The translations under genes were made by a program, and so were the position numbers. Below the pieces are notes generated by a model. That model worked only from the letters and a program-made list of their open reading frames with translations, searched no databases and was not told where the DNA came from. This document shows, one piece after another, positions 1 to 13,260 of a stretch of 64,000 nt of DNA. Each line of letters opens with the position of its first letter. The first letter of the stretch is position 1. This stretch comes from Chlorokybus atmophyticus (taxonomy: Eukaryota; Plantae; Mesostigma and Chlorokybus algae), in the NCBI GenBank assembly GCA_009103225.1, contig RHPI01002112.1, positions 76,283 through 140,282 of the forward strand, read 5' to 3'.

Positions 1-3000
1 AATTGCGGTTGCTACATTGGGTCTTTCGTCAGCTGAAGCTTTGTCAATCTCTGCTCAGCAATGTTAAGCTAGTCTTGTGAGGCGATGAGCTGCATATCAA
101 ATCCACTCATAACAGTCATATGGAAGGGTTGTCACATCAGATGTTTGACCAAAACATGTATGTGGAACAATTGCTCCATATTGCCCCCCCCCCTTTGCAA
201 GAGATTGTATGAATTAATGCATCATTCTAAAGTATAGAGTTGACACATTATAATAACCATCATCCTATTACAAAAAAATGAATATGTTGGTAAGGAGCTG
301 CTCGACAATTAACTGAGGTTGAATTAGAGGAGGGGGGGAGGGGGACTAGCTGTTAATATAATGTGCACACATATCTCGTTATTAAACATCTTACATAAAA
401 TTCCTTGTATAAATGAATGACAGTCATCACTGGTCCATAAATTGTTGGTGGTTTATGCTTTTATTATAATTGTGCACAACCCAATATTGGACACCTCGTT
501 TGATGAATACCACCCAATTAAGTAATCATTTATATACAAAGGGTGATAACTGAAGGGCAATGAGCGATTAAGCAAGATGCAAATTGCCATCAAATGATGA
601 AGAATTATTAAACTTAAAGCTTGATTAGAGGCTAAGGCACAGCCATTAACGGCCCTAAGCTAGTCTTTCAATGATTGATTAATACCTTGAACAACGCAAC
701 GTGCCTTTGTTTCTACACAAGTAGGTTCGAAAAGTACGCAACCACAATGGTATCCAATATATTCGCTGTCAAGGAAAACTCCAATTGCCCATACAGATGA
801 TAGCTAGTTATGTGTAACAAATGGCCCTCAACCCACCAGTTACAGGTACAATCCAATCAGATGTTCTTTACCATTTAAAGCAAGTCATGTTGATAATAAT
901 TGGCTTCATACTTGACTTAATTCATACCATTAAAACCTTGAACTACTATGAACTAACGAGTGTAAATCAATAAGTTCACTAGCGACAATTCACCGGGTCA
1001 TCAGCAATTTCGAACACTATATTGTAATTTATTGATTATTTCATGCACTCACTCTTGCATCTTACAAACACTTGGTATTATTTAGGTCATTTTTTGATAA
1101 TCGACTTATATTATTCTCTTTAATTATAGATTACCACATTTAGATGATTAGCTCACGCCCATTAGTTCACACGGCAGTTTACTATATAGTTTATCCAATA
1201 TTAATTCCTCATGGTTTTGATTAAGCTTAGTTTATAGGCAATCTAGTAGTTCACATTCAGATCACAAGTGAGTGGCGGATTCTACTCATTTAGGGGGGCT
1301 TAGGTAAATTTATCATGTTGCAAACGGTCGCGGTGTCGCATATACTTGCGTGTGCTCGCGGCACGCGCGTCCAATGCCTTGGGCGTTTTTGCAATTTACT
1401 CTAGCAAACTTTGCAAATGTCACGTTAGATCTTATTGATTAATTAACCCAACTTCGCTAATTTACTTATTCCCCCTCGTAAGCTACACCTTTTACTTACA
1501 AATGTCTTCTCATCACATGGATGTCTGTATAACCCCCTAGTATCCTCATGCGATGATGGGAGGCTATATAGCTCACCCTTAGCGTGCATAGTGAGAATTG
1601 CTACCCTATGCCTTATGCATTTTTGCGAATTATGAGTTACAATATTTGCATCTAAGACAACTTGTAACATTTTTGCGAATGTCGCTGGGAACCTTCAGTT
1701 TCTCACACCATTCTCTAATCTGCGAAATACATTTTGTGACTCGTCAATTTATATTCACGGTGTCATATACCAAAGTAGGCCCAAGTAGTATTTAGCCTAT
1801 AGTTGCTAATTTATTGGATACCTTTTTGGCTTGGTATAACACTTATACTTTTTCGCTAATACACCACGTGATTTAGCGACTCGTTCAAACTACTTCAAAG
1901 TCCCATACCACTGAAATATCGTCAAACCACAACCACCAATTCACTGAATGGACCAGGCAGTCTAATTAAAACTAATTCGCATGCGTTATTCACATATTCA
2001 CATATATAGTTATATAATATACATGTAACCAAGTATCCAATTGATGGATAGACTACCACAGGATTAAACTTGGCCGTGTAACAATTTGCGACTATTAGCC
2101 TGATTACTTAAAATGGGTTGTTCGGCAAATTTACACATTGCACAAGTGCTCAGCAATAATAGTCTTAACCTCCTCCTCTCCTCTCCACTCTGCAAGTATG
2201 TTCCTACCGTATTAAGCGGTAATAGAGCTACCGTAAATCTACAAATCTACAAAATCCTACCCGACCTACCTGCTTGTCACTCTGATCTTAAACGCACATA
2301 AGATTAAAACCCACTTGATAAAGCTTGGCTCGGTAGAGGATTTGCCATGTGTTACTATGTATATTTGCTTATTAACCTAATCTATGCCGCCATTGCCACT
2401 GCTCCTAAAATTACGAGGCCCCTTCGTTTCTAAACTCTACTTCAGCGACAGCGAAGACCGCCCCCTTCATCTTTGAACACTGCCTCCCTACAAGGCATTA
2501 GCAAGTATATAGATATTTTCGCTATGGGCTATGGCGATAGCTCGCGACCGCTAACATGGCCGTACGGAGCTGCCAAGTGCACGCGACGCGCCTTGCGGAG
2601 TGGCAAGGCGGGCATTATGCTGAATTGCGGAATCCCGGATATGTGGATTCCTGCCTTCGGGAATCCATCCGAGGGTACGGCTAAATATATGCAGGACATT
2701 CAGTTAACCGACCAAAGCGGGTTACGAGTCGCGGAGTACGATACCTGGACTTGCATGCTGACATATATAGAGTGACTCAGGCTCCTTCTCGCAGGTGGTC
2801 AAGTCAGACCTTGCGACATTGTATTGTTGTGGCAGAAGAGTGTGGTGCTCTACAAGGGGCGTTGTGCATAGTGTTGGATAGCGTCTTGGACAGCAACACA
2901 CCTCACATATCCTATACACATGTACATGTGTGGAGGCATTGCATGACAAAACGCCATACCTGGTGTCCGCAAACAGTGATCACTCGTTAACCAAGTGAGA

Positions 3001-3285
3001 CAGTGCTGATCAGCAGGATTCTTGAGAATGGAGAAACAATGAAGGATAACAACCCTGTTCACGGAAAACTTATCAGAAGACAGCTGAACCTTGCGTGGCT
3101 GCAACTGTGGGTTGTAGTGGCTGACAAACCGAGGAGGAATAGGCGGACAACCTGTTGACACAAAACGATGCAAGCACACAGGCGAGTAGCCAGCCAACAA
3201 ACAATACACAGTGCATGCAACCATCCAGGAAAGTCCAACAAGTCCTGCTTAATTACAATGTACACTACGCAACAGCATGGTGCAG

Positions 3286-5357
3286 TCAACCACCTCCCAG
3301 CCGCGCCTTGCAGACAGGGCATTCATTTTTACGTCGCAGCCACTTATCAATGCACTGCCAGGCCAACATTTGGATGTTACTTGCATACCACAACCACGCA
3401 ACATCAGCGGGGCATGACTAGTATATACCTTCTTGTGGAAGGCGTGCAAGCAAGGCATGCGCCTTACAACATTGCGGACTTCTATGTCATCCAAGCAAAT
3501 GGCACAAGGCTCCAACTTGGCATCAGAAGCCTGAAAGCAGCACCCAAAGAATGCAAGTTAGGTCACAATCACCGCAACACCGCTACAAGCTAGCAGCAGA
3601 CTTACTTTTATGGTATGCGTGGGCAGCGAATCAATGGCTTCCTGGCTGGCACCACCGCCGCTGCCATGTGCCTGGTTCTCATCGAGGGCAAGCAGCGCCT
3701 CGTAGTCCGCTCTGAACAAGTGGATGTCGACAAAGCTTATTGCATACACTTCACCATCGTTGGGCTTTTGAACTAGCACTTACTCGGTGAAATCACGATC
3801 AGTGGCAGCTAGTCTCCACATATCAGTGGACACACCACCACCACCATGCCTTCCGCCCAACAGCGCTTGTAACATGCTTGTGCCAGCGCCAAATACCTGC
3901 GAAAAGGAGTCGTTTGCCATGACCACAGCCGGACAAACCATAAGCTGTGCATGCAGGAAAGATACACGCACAGTACTGCACCCAGGCAAACACGTACTGG
4001 ATCAAAGGCATTGCGCATGAAAGACGGGAAGACAGGTTGATGTGCGTAACCGCCTGACGGAAGCATGACACCTCGGCCCCGTCCCCGGCCTCGACCACGA
4101 CCTGCATGGCCGTGACGGTACTGTGGCATTGGGGGTGGTAAGAACTGCAACAGTATAAATGAGTAAATGTTCTACAAAAAACAAACAGCTGAATGTTGTG
4201 GCTCACACACACATGCATACCGATGGCCCAGCTGCATCACGGGCAGCCATTAGATCGGGAGGGAGGTGTGGGGGCGACTCGGGTGCATGCATGTAAGGTG
4301 ACCAGAGGGGAACAGGCCTGGCAGCCCTCTCCTCTTCTTCCTGCAGCCTTCTTGCCATTTCCTCGTCAATAGCAAGCTGCACCATGCAGCAAACCCAGTG
4401 AGTGCCTAAGGGTGCACTCCTCTACTAGAGAGCATCAACAGTACAAGCAAGTTGGGCAGCGCACGACATGCACCATATCTCAGCCTCACGTGAGCAGTTG
4501 CGGCGCGAGGGCTTTCATGTTCTTGAAGCCAGCGCGCGAGCCTTTCATCCTCATCAACATTAACATTAACCGCCTGCCATAACCATATGCTTTTAGGACT
4601 GGACCTACCCTTACCGTTATTTGGGCCTACAGCAATGCAGTGACGCCGCTGCCACACCCGAGATGTTGATGCTGATGGTCCACTCTCTTCTGACACCACT
4701 TGAGCTTCACCACTTGACACGCGCCGCCGCTTTCTGGTATATATGTATGATAGTAAGCAACCAAGTTGTCGTATATGTGAACATTAGCCTTGTCAAGTCA
4801 GCATGGCAACATTGCAACACTTACCTAGCTGGTTGAGCCCTGTGTGGTGGAGACCTGTGCTGTGCATGTGCACTACGCCTCTCAGGTGCAACTCCCTCAA
4901 CACTGCTGCTGTTGGGCCGTGCGGGAGCGCGTTCAGCTGGCGGTGACTCTGACAAGTCAATCACCACAGGTACTGTATGGCCTGAACTCGGCGGGGCAAA
5001 GGTATCTATAGTCCTACTTGTGTGCGCTGCCTGCTGTCCAGCATGCTGTGCGATAGAAAAGCGAGGGTTTGAGCGGATGCGCAGCTGTGGTGTACTTTGG
5101 GGATGCTCGCTTGTGCTGGGGACACTTGTGCTGGGAAGGCTTGTAGTTTCCAATTCTTCAGCATTGCCGGGTTGCTGCTTATGTTCTGCAGTGTGCACAC
5201 CAGCAGGCGTTCGTGGACGGGCAGACCTTCGCCGCGTGTGCCATGGGCTGATGTTATTATTGGCAACATGTCCAATTGCACTTGTTGACTGCGGCTGCCC
5301 CGCATGTGGTAATGGCGAAGACGCCACATCAATGGCTTGCGCTCGAGTGCCAGACAT
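3286..5357 (-). CDS. RING-H2 E3 ubiquitin ligase, multi-exon; 5' end uncertain (may extend to ~6280)
   Basis: Spliced GT-AG exons give ...DRDFTEADYEALLALDE...SLPTHTIK|ASDAKLEPCAICLDDIEVRNVVRRMPCLHAFHKK|CIDKWLRRKNECPVCKARLGGG* (exons 3429-3530 and 3286-3354). Complete C3H2C3 pattern, preceded by the DF..DYE.LL.LD motif of SDIR1/RNF165-like proteins. Upstream exons have DEEMARRLQEEE and DERLARWLQEHE motifs and an RG repeat. Confidence 0.9.
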
Positions 5358-6609
5358 CGCAAACCACTGCGTCCAAGCAGCCCTCTATGCAGTGGCTGCA
5401 GCTATCTGCTCACGCAACGGTGCGATCAGTGTCAGACACCGCCACCACAAAACTCGATATCCGTTTCCAGGATGCAGGTCCATTGAGCTATGTTCCTTGG
5501 TTTGTACAGCACGGGCCGCGAGAACACAGTTGATGAAGCACAGAAGTCACTAGACCAAGAATTGCAAATTGCTGACACAACGACGGCATCTGTATAATGT
5601 TTCTCACCCACATGTTAACACTATGCACCGTGAGTGACAATCATCTAAGATACGCATGTTGCCTTTCAACAAGCGCAGTGGTTGTTGACCAAACTTTCTC
5701 CGTCTAACCCTAACACGACAACATGAGTTTGGTCAACTTCAGGAGCACGCAACAGATTGGCATGCAACACTTGCCAGGAAACGACATGCAGGCAACCAGA
5801 CTTTCGCCCTCTCTTCAAGCTGATTAGACTTCAAGCGTACATTTCGAAATGCGAACAATCAAAACAGCCGTTTTCTGGTCACTTCGACTCATTGTGATCG
5901 CAGACAAGCTTTTTAGCAAAGTCATCTCGTCGGCTCTTTGGAACATGTGCAACGGCTTTCGTGCCTGTGAGCGTTAACGACATCCATTACACGACCCAGA
6001 TGACGACTATCAGACCTTGCACAACCATGACCGCTTGTCAGGTGAGTAAACTGAAAACGCTAGGGCGTATTGAATTGCCTCAACAACACGCCAATTGAGT
6101 CAAGCAAGGCAAAGCACCAGCAGCTTCCCATCCTACTTGACCATAGGAGTTTCTGACTTCTTTGCAGCGATCTCGCAGCAGCGACTAGCCTGTAACAGGT
6201 TGGCTCTCCGCCTTGCCAAGCTGAACAGCTCTACCAGCTGACCTCCGCGACCGCCTCTGCCTCGAGGACGGCGGTGGCATAGCTGACAAGGTTGCGTTAC
6301 GCTTCGGTCTAGACGCAAGCCCTAGATACGCTCACGTAAGCAAGACACGCTACCCCTGGTTAAAAGCTTCAAGCAACGGTCAGATTTAGCGGCGGCGTTT
6401 AGCCGTGGTTGCGAGACAGGGTATCATCAGATACCCTTGGATCAGTAAGATACGAATGCTCGGAACATTTAATTACAGTAGAACACGCATGGCCATGTGG
6501 GTGACGGCAAGATATGCCGTCTTGCGTCACCAAGTGACGTGTTTTGCCGTGACTCGATGCTGTGCTGACTGCCAGCTGTGCGGTTATAGCAGAGGTCAGT
6601 TGATAACTA

Positions 6610-6618
6610 AAACCCTAA
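6610..6618 (+). promoter_or_regulatory. Telo-box AAACCCTAA in the RING/ITPK divergent intergenic region
   Basis: Exact AAACCCTAA; known plant promoter element. Confidence 0.5.
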
Positions 6619-6849
6619 TTCAGGCGTATCTGGTAGGCGACGGCGGCGGTGCGCGCTGCGGCGTGGTCGGTGTGGTTGTCGTCACCTTCGTGCGCTGTGC
6701 CGTGGTAACTGTTGAGTGAGGGATTCAAAGCCCTGCGAGTGAGGCGCTGCGGAATTTGGCGGGAGTGACGTTCGGGCTGTGAGCCCTGGGGGAATCACCA
6801 GCGGGTGCGCAGTGGCGGCAGTGATGAGCGAGGCGCTCTTGTACGGGAT

Positions 6850-9581
6850 ATGGGGGTGGCTGTTGGCTATGCTCTCACCGAGAAGAAGGCTCTGAGCTTC
6901 ATACGTCCCGAATTGATTCAGCACGCCAGGTCGAGAGTGACACGCTGCCTGTCCAACCAGCGTGTTCAGTGGTTCACTCGGCAGGCATACACGCGGCTAC
7001 AGCCAGCTGTTGTTGTGTTCACAGCTTCATTTACCGACAACCTCAGTGTTCTACTAAGCACAGTAGTCAGGCTGTTTGTTCAATATTCGCAGCATAACTG
7101 CTGGGTTGTAGCTTTTGTACCGTTGCAAGTTTGCGATGACCGCACGTGCTGTCGTTGCGAGCCTTTCGCGCATCACGCGCAGAAGATATCAGTCCAGTAT
7201 CTTCTGTGTGTGTTGCTCGACCTTGTTAGTACTTCAGCATGGCCTGTAACGTTTCGTTTGTTGAGTCACGTGTGCCCAACTGTGCGTCAGTCTTGACGTA
7301 GTGCAGCAGTTTGGTCGGTTGCTGAGTTGCGTGCCAGTTGCAGCCATAGGGCAAGCCATTGCTTGATATGCTTCCCTCTGTGGGCTGCAGTGCAACTGCG
7401 TCCATGCACAATTGGGCACTTGGCAGTCTGGCTTTCACATTTGTCCATCGGGACATTTGACAGACTTCATGAGCACGGCACCCATTCTTGCTTGCCATTG
7501 CGAGTGCACTGATTGTGTACGTGTGTGCAGCTCATTGGGTGTACAGCTGATACCTGTTGACCCATATCGGTCTCTCTCTGAGCAAGGCCCGTTTGACATT
7601 ATCCTGCATAAGGTACGCCATTGGGTGGCTACAGTTGTATGGTTGTCATAATCGTGCATTGGTTGTGGTGTTGAGAATTGCTGGTGCTCAGAGTAACCTT
7701 TGACTTCGTGAGAGGAGGCTGTCTTGTGCTTGGTTTATGCATCATGTGTTTTTTTGTTTCGCATGCTGCACGCTGCAGTCATGTTACTCTCCTGACATGT
7801 TTGTTGTGCACATGCAGCTGCCAGCACGTTATAAGACATGGGTCCCCAACTTAGAGGTGATTGTGCGTTTGTCCGTGCATCTACTTGTCTTGCTTACCAG
7901 ATGAGCGGTAGTAACCCAATGGTTGCAATGCATGGCAGAGCTTCATGCAAACACATCCCGACGTCATTGTGGTGGACTCGCCAGCTGCCATCCGCAGGCT
8001 GGGCAATCGGCAGTCCATGCTGCAGAGTGTCAACGGCATTAACTTGCGAGAAGGTATGCACTGCATGCTCATGTTTGTGCTTTGGTGGTGGCGCTGAACC
8101 TGCTGACATGCGCTTGTACAGGGAAGGTGGGTGTTCCTCGCCAATTAGTGTTGACTGGAGATCCAGCCAAAGTTGTTAGTCATGTTGGCGACGCAGGCCT
8201 GACCCTCCCCGTAGGTGAGGCTATGTGCTTGCGAGGTGCTTCCAAGAAACACTGCGGTCGTGTATCTCCCAAACAAACCAGACTGCAGTGCTTACTGCTC
8301 TGGCGTTGTTGGCAGTTGTGAAGCCCCTCATCTCGGATGGAAGTGCTGTGTCTCACGAACTGGCCATCGCCTACGATCACGAAGGGCTAGCCAACCTGAA
8401 CATTCCTTGCGTGTTGCAGGAGTTTGTAAACCATGGTGAGTCATCCACCTAGCTCTCCTTGCATGGTACATATCTGCTGTACATGTCAGGATGCAGCTGG
8501 TGCAATCAGCTACATAGCATTAGCCGCCTGCCCTATACATGGCATGTGGTACAATGCGAGCACCGTGTTAGTCTGTGGGTTGGGCACATCATTGGTGGTT
8601 ATGCGTGCATAGTGCTCTGACGCACCTGAGGTTGCTGTAACTGGCAGCATGGCCACATCTGTTGTCAAAAGATGTCCTGGTCATGCTGTGCAACCACGGC
8701 CGCTTACAGACTGGCTGGTGGCAGGTGGTGTATTGTTTAAGGTATATGTGGTGGGAGAAAAGGTAACAGTGGTCAGAAGGCGATCATTGCCCGATGTGGA
8801 TAAAGAGAGCGAGCGACAAGAGATAACCGGCCTGAAGCCGTTTTCTCGCATCAGCAGTGCTGCAGAAACAGCAGCTGCAGAATGGGAGAGAGAGAGGGCT
8901 CTCATTGAGATCCCCCCGCAGAGCTTTGTGACTGCACTAGCCGCCGAGTTGAGGTTGCGATTGGGCCTGCACCTGTTCAACCTTGATCTCATTCGTGATA
9001 TTGATCATGGGCGCTACTATGTCATCGACATCAATTACTTCCCTGGATATGCAAAAATGCCAGCATATGCGCAGGTGTGTTTGAGTGGTGGGGTTTAAAT
9101 GTTCTGTATGGCCGTGCCGCGACAAAGGCTGCGTATCACTGGGCCAATGCTGCCCATGGATGTGTCGTCTTACACCTTGTTAAGCCAGCTGGTTCATATG
9201 CAGGTGTTTGGCGAGTTCTTGTCAGAACTAGGGGAGAGCCGTGCAAAGTTGTTGGCAGAACAGCAGCAGCAGCAGCAGAACCCCAGTGGCAATGGCGCTG
9301 TAGAGTCGGGCCTCAGTGTGCCTGTGCCAATTCCAGGGAGTGCGCATGACACATTGTCGACTCCTGTTGGGACACCAAGGGCGCTCTCCGTCGGCTCGTC
9401 GGAGCTCGCCTCCTCAGCCAAGTACAGCTGCTACGAGGACCCAGACGAGGACGGCAACAGCGACCACTCTGATACCTCCAAGGATGACCTTGTCAGCCCG
9501 ACAAAGTCTCCTTTGCCGGGCGTTATGTATGCTGTGTCCGGTGACATCACGATGCCAGGTGAAGACGGACAACTCCTGTGA
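6850..9581 (+). CDS. ITPK: Inositol-tetrakisphosphate 1-kinase (plant ITPK-type ATP-grasp), about 8 exons
   Basis: Exons read VGYALTEKK, PVDPYRSLSEQGPFDIILHK, HPDVIVVDSPAAIRRLGNRQSML, VVKPLISDGSAVSHELAI, LQEFVNHGGVLFKVYVVG, YYVIDINYFPGYAKMP. All are hallmark plant ITPK motifs with in-phase GT-AG junctions; TGA ends at 9581. Confidence 0.96.
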
Positions 9582-10562
9582 ATGCCCTACAATGTGGAAA
9601 GTTGGCACCTGGTATCCTGCGGCTCCTTTCACTCTTTGGTCGCGCGCTGCTCGCTTTGGTGGCATGCCCTTGATCAGAACACAGCGCTGCCCAAGGTGGT
9701 GGAATGGCAGCGTACGGAGTGCGTCAATGCTGCCTGCTGTTGAAGTGTCCTGGAAGATTGCAGCACGCATGTTGATAGGTTGCAAGCACCAAGCATTGCT
9801 CTATATACAGATCTTGCAGCTGAAGAATCTGGTAAATCACCTGGGTCTTTTCGCATTATGCTTTCATCACTGCCGCGTGTGCCATTGAGATGATGGACAT
9901 GTTGCCTGCGAGGGTGTGCGCATGTGTGTTGAGCTTTGGCGCTTGTAGGCTGGTGCTTGTGTGTACATCCGGTAGCCCCTATTACATACAGTAGCTGCCT
10001 GTGAAAGATGGCACTAAGTCAAGTTTTGTGTAGCCCATCAGCAAGGCAGGTGAAACAAGTTATGCAATGTGGATGCCAAGAGTGGAGTCCCAAGACGGCA
10101 CTTGCCAGAAAAATGTGCATTGCCCTTCACCATATGCAGTCTGCTGCCATTTCACACAGCGGGGAATGTGCCCTTGCACGGGATGCATGACTAGTCTAGT
10201 GTTCCAGGAACCAAGCATATATGAAAACATCTGTGGCTACAGTTCTTTGTACAATCGCGCCCTTTCCCCTTTCGCTCTAGGCTGTGAGTACATCCGCAAT
10301 GCATGTTGGCTGATTGTGTGTGACCAGCTTGACATAGCCAGCTATGCTTGTGCACATATGTGCCAGCACAGGCGGTAGATTTAGCAGTCGAAAGTAGGCA
10401 GCGCGCAAGCGCTGGGTACCTTGGTAGTCTTGTATGTAGTATGCAGGTGAGTGTGGGTGATTGCATGTTCTATGCACGTGCAATTGTGTATCGCATTCTA
10501 TGTACACAAGGTGTTGTAGCTTTATTGAGTTTGCTAAGTGAGCGTCATATTCACACGGCGGC

Positions 10563-11230
10563 AGGCTGGTCTCCCTCTCTCTCCCTCTCTCTCCCTTTCT
10601 CCCTCTCTCCCCCTCTCCCTCTCCCCCTCTCCCTCTCCCCCTCTAGCTCCCTCCCTCTCGCTCCCTCTCGCTCCCTCTCTCTCCCTCCCTCTCTCTCCCT
10701 CTCCCCCTCTCCCTCTCCCCCTCTACCTCTCTCGCTCTCTCGCTCTCCCTCTCNNNNNNNNNNNNNNNNNNNNNNNNNNNNNNNNNNNNNNNNNNNNNNN
10801 NNNNNNNNNNNNNNNNNNNNNNNNNNNNNNNNNNNNNNNNNNNNNNNNNNNNNNNNNNNNNNNNNNNNNNNNNNNNNNNNNNNNNNNNNNNNNNNNNNNN
10901 NNNNNNNNNNNNNNNNNNNNNNNNNNNNNNNNNNNNNNNNNNNNNNNNNNNNNNNNNNNNNNNNNNNNNNNNNNNNNNNNNNNNNNNNNNNNNNNNNNNN
11001 NNNNNNNNNNNNNNNNNNNNNNNNNNNNNNNNNNNNNNNNNNNNNNNNNNNNNNNNNNNNNNNNNNNNNNNNNNNNNNNNNNNNNNNNNNNNNNNNNNNN
11101 NNNNNNNNNNNNNNNNNNNNNNNNNNNNNNNNNNNNNTCCCTCTCTCCCTCTCTCTCCCTCTCTCTCCCTCTCTCTCCCTCTCTCTCTCGCGCCCTCGCC
11201 CTCGCGCCCTCGCCCTCGCGCTCGCTCTCG
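10563..11230. repeat. (CT)/(CTCC)-rich low-complexity tract interrupted by an assembly gap
   Basis: Pyrimidine runs on both sides of an N block (~10754-11137). Confidence 0.9.
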
Positions 11231-12304
11231 CGCTTGTGTGTGCCACACAACAATTTGCACGCCATAAGTTCATCCGCACACAGCTTGTCAAGCTGCACCT
11301 TGATCTGGCTGCTGCACAATTGAACACTGTTCGCATAAGCATCACAACATATGGCACGAGTATGCCAGCGACTCTGACACGCAGGTTGCGGTTATTAGTA
11401 ACAACTTGATGAAGCAGCGCATGCACTGCGTGTAGTAGTGGGTCAAAACTGGCCTATGGCCTATGTAGACATGTTGTTTTGTGGTGGTGTTGGGTTGTGA
11501 CCAACTCAATTCAACAACCCCACGTTGCAAGATAGCTCAACTGTACAGAGTGTGTAGCTTTGTTGGCTAGGTAAGAGCGCGGGGGGCAGCTGTGGGATGC
11601 AAATTAGGCAAGGCAAAGTCCTCAGATTCACTTGCTTGCAGCTGCCAGCACAGGCATGGGATGCTATGTTGAGTACTACAAGCAAGGGCATTGGCGACAT
11701 GGAAGCCATACCATTGGTAGAAGGCTGACAATGACCAAGGTTGTTGAAGCTATGAACCATGGCCAACATGCTGCTTCTTGTCCTACTGCACGCAATGATG
11801 TACCCCAAACACAAACAAGATTACTGCAAACACAAATAAGAGGACCAAAATCAACACAGTAGCTCTTGCCTGTCTGTCCAGCTGTCCTGTGCAGCACTGA
11901 CACATGACGGGTAAAATACAGACCACCCAGGGATCTGTTACAACATGTCCGAAGCCTGTGCGCACATTGTTTGAGGTGTGTGGCAACGACGGTGATGCGA
12001 CTGGCACCCATGTTGTGTGTGCTGTACTGCTGTTTTGCCGAGGCGAAGTTACACGCCTTGCAAAGTCTTGTTCTCTAAGACTTGTCCTGTACCCGGCGTC
12101 GGCGTCACTGGTGGCAGTGAAAATGCACAGTGCCGCACAGTCCAGTCCAGTCCAGCACGCAGTGCCTGTACTGTACTCTGCTCACCAGGCTCCAGGCAGC
12201 CCACTCACTGTGCCAAGACAAGACAAACCAACGACTGCACGAGCCATATGTCTGTGTGTCTGTGTGCATGCGTGTGTGTGTGTCTCACCATCCCAAGCGC
12301 CTCC

Positions 12305-12311
12305 TATATAA
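12305..12311 (+). promoter_or_regulatory. TATA box of the cupin gene
   Basis: TATATAA about 60-75 nt upstream of the candidate ATGs (12372/12384). Confidence 0.6.
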
Positions 12312-12371
12312 GCGTGCTTCGCCCACACCTACACCTACACACCCATCTCACCTCCTCCTCTCTCCTCCTCC

Positions 12372-13219
12372 ATGTCTCCAAGCATGAGGAGTACCACCTT
12401 TCTCCTGTTGTGCGCCTGTCTCTCTCTTCTCCTCCTCCTCTCCCATCAGGCCAGAGAGGCGTGGGGGGCTCAACCCATCGTCGAGGGAGACCCCCGCCAG
12501 TACGCCCACTCCTTCCGGGGCACCCCGCCCGTCATCGACGAGGAGGCGGGGAGGTTCTGGAGCATCAACAGGCAGCAGTTCACCGACGTACTCAACGAGG
12601 TGAGAGGGGGAGAGATGGTTGTTGTTGGTGTTGTTGTTGTTGTTGGGGAGGTTGTTGGGGAGGTTGGTTATATGTGTGTACAGATGGGTTACCATGTGTT
12701 CGCTATGGAGCTGGAGCCCTGCGCCACCACCATGCCCTATTTCGATGAAGGCTCCTACGCTTGCTTCATCAAATCGGGTAAGTCTTATGCTACACTCCAA
12801 CACTCCCTTCGCTGATGAAAGCACAAACCTCTCACACTCACACACACACATGTTACAGGCCGGATGTTGTGGCGGACGGCGATGCTCGGCAAGCCCCTTG
12901 GCGACGCGGCTCTCAACGCTAAGGACGCCGTCGTCGTGCCGGTCGGACACGCGGAAGCCCTCCATAACCCGAGCAGAGACACCAAGAGCCACCTCGTCTG
13001 CATGGCGTAAGAGAGGGGGGTGGTTGACTGTGCGTGTGTGCGTGTGCCTGTGCCTGTGCCTGTGCCTGTTTACACGCATGTTTGTACATGATATGCAAAC
13101 ACGCGCACACACACACACATGCACACACTCGACAGAGCGGTTCTCAATCATACTTGTGCGCGCGTGTGTACGTGCGTGGTTGCGTGTGGGCGAGAGTGTG
13201 TGAGTGATGCACACTCCTA

Positions 13220-13260
<41 letters not shown>

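Noticed and set aside
1-1300. AT-rich DNA as a specific TE coding remnant
   Set aside because: The frames I translated are full of stops and show no recognisable motif.
10348-11426. Long ORFs of SL/RE repeats and X
   Set aside because: They are translations of a CT microsatellite plus an N gap.
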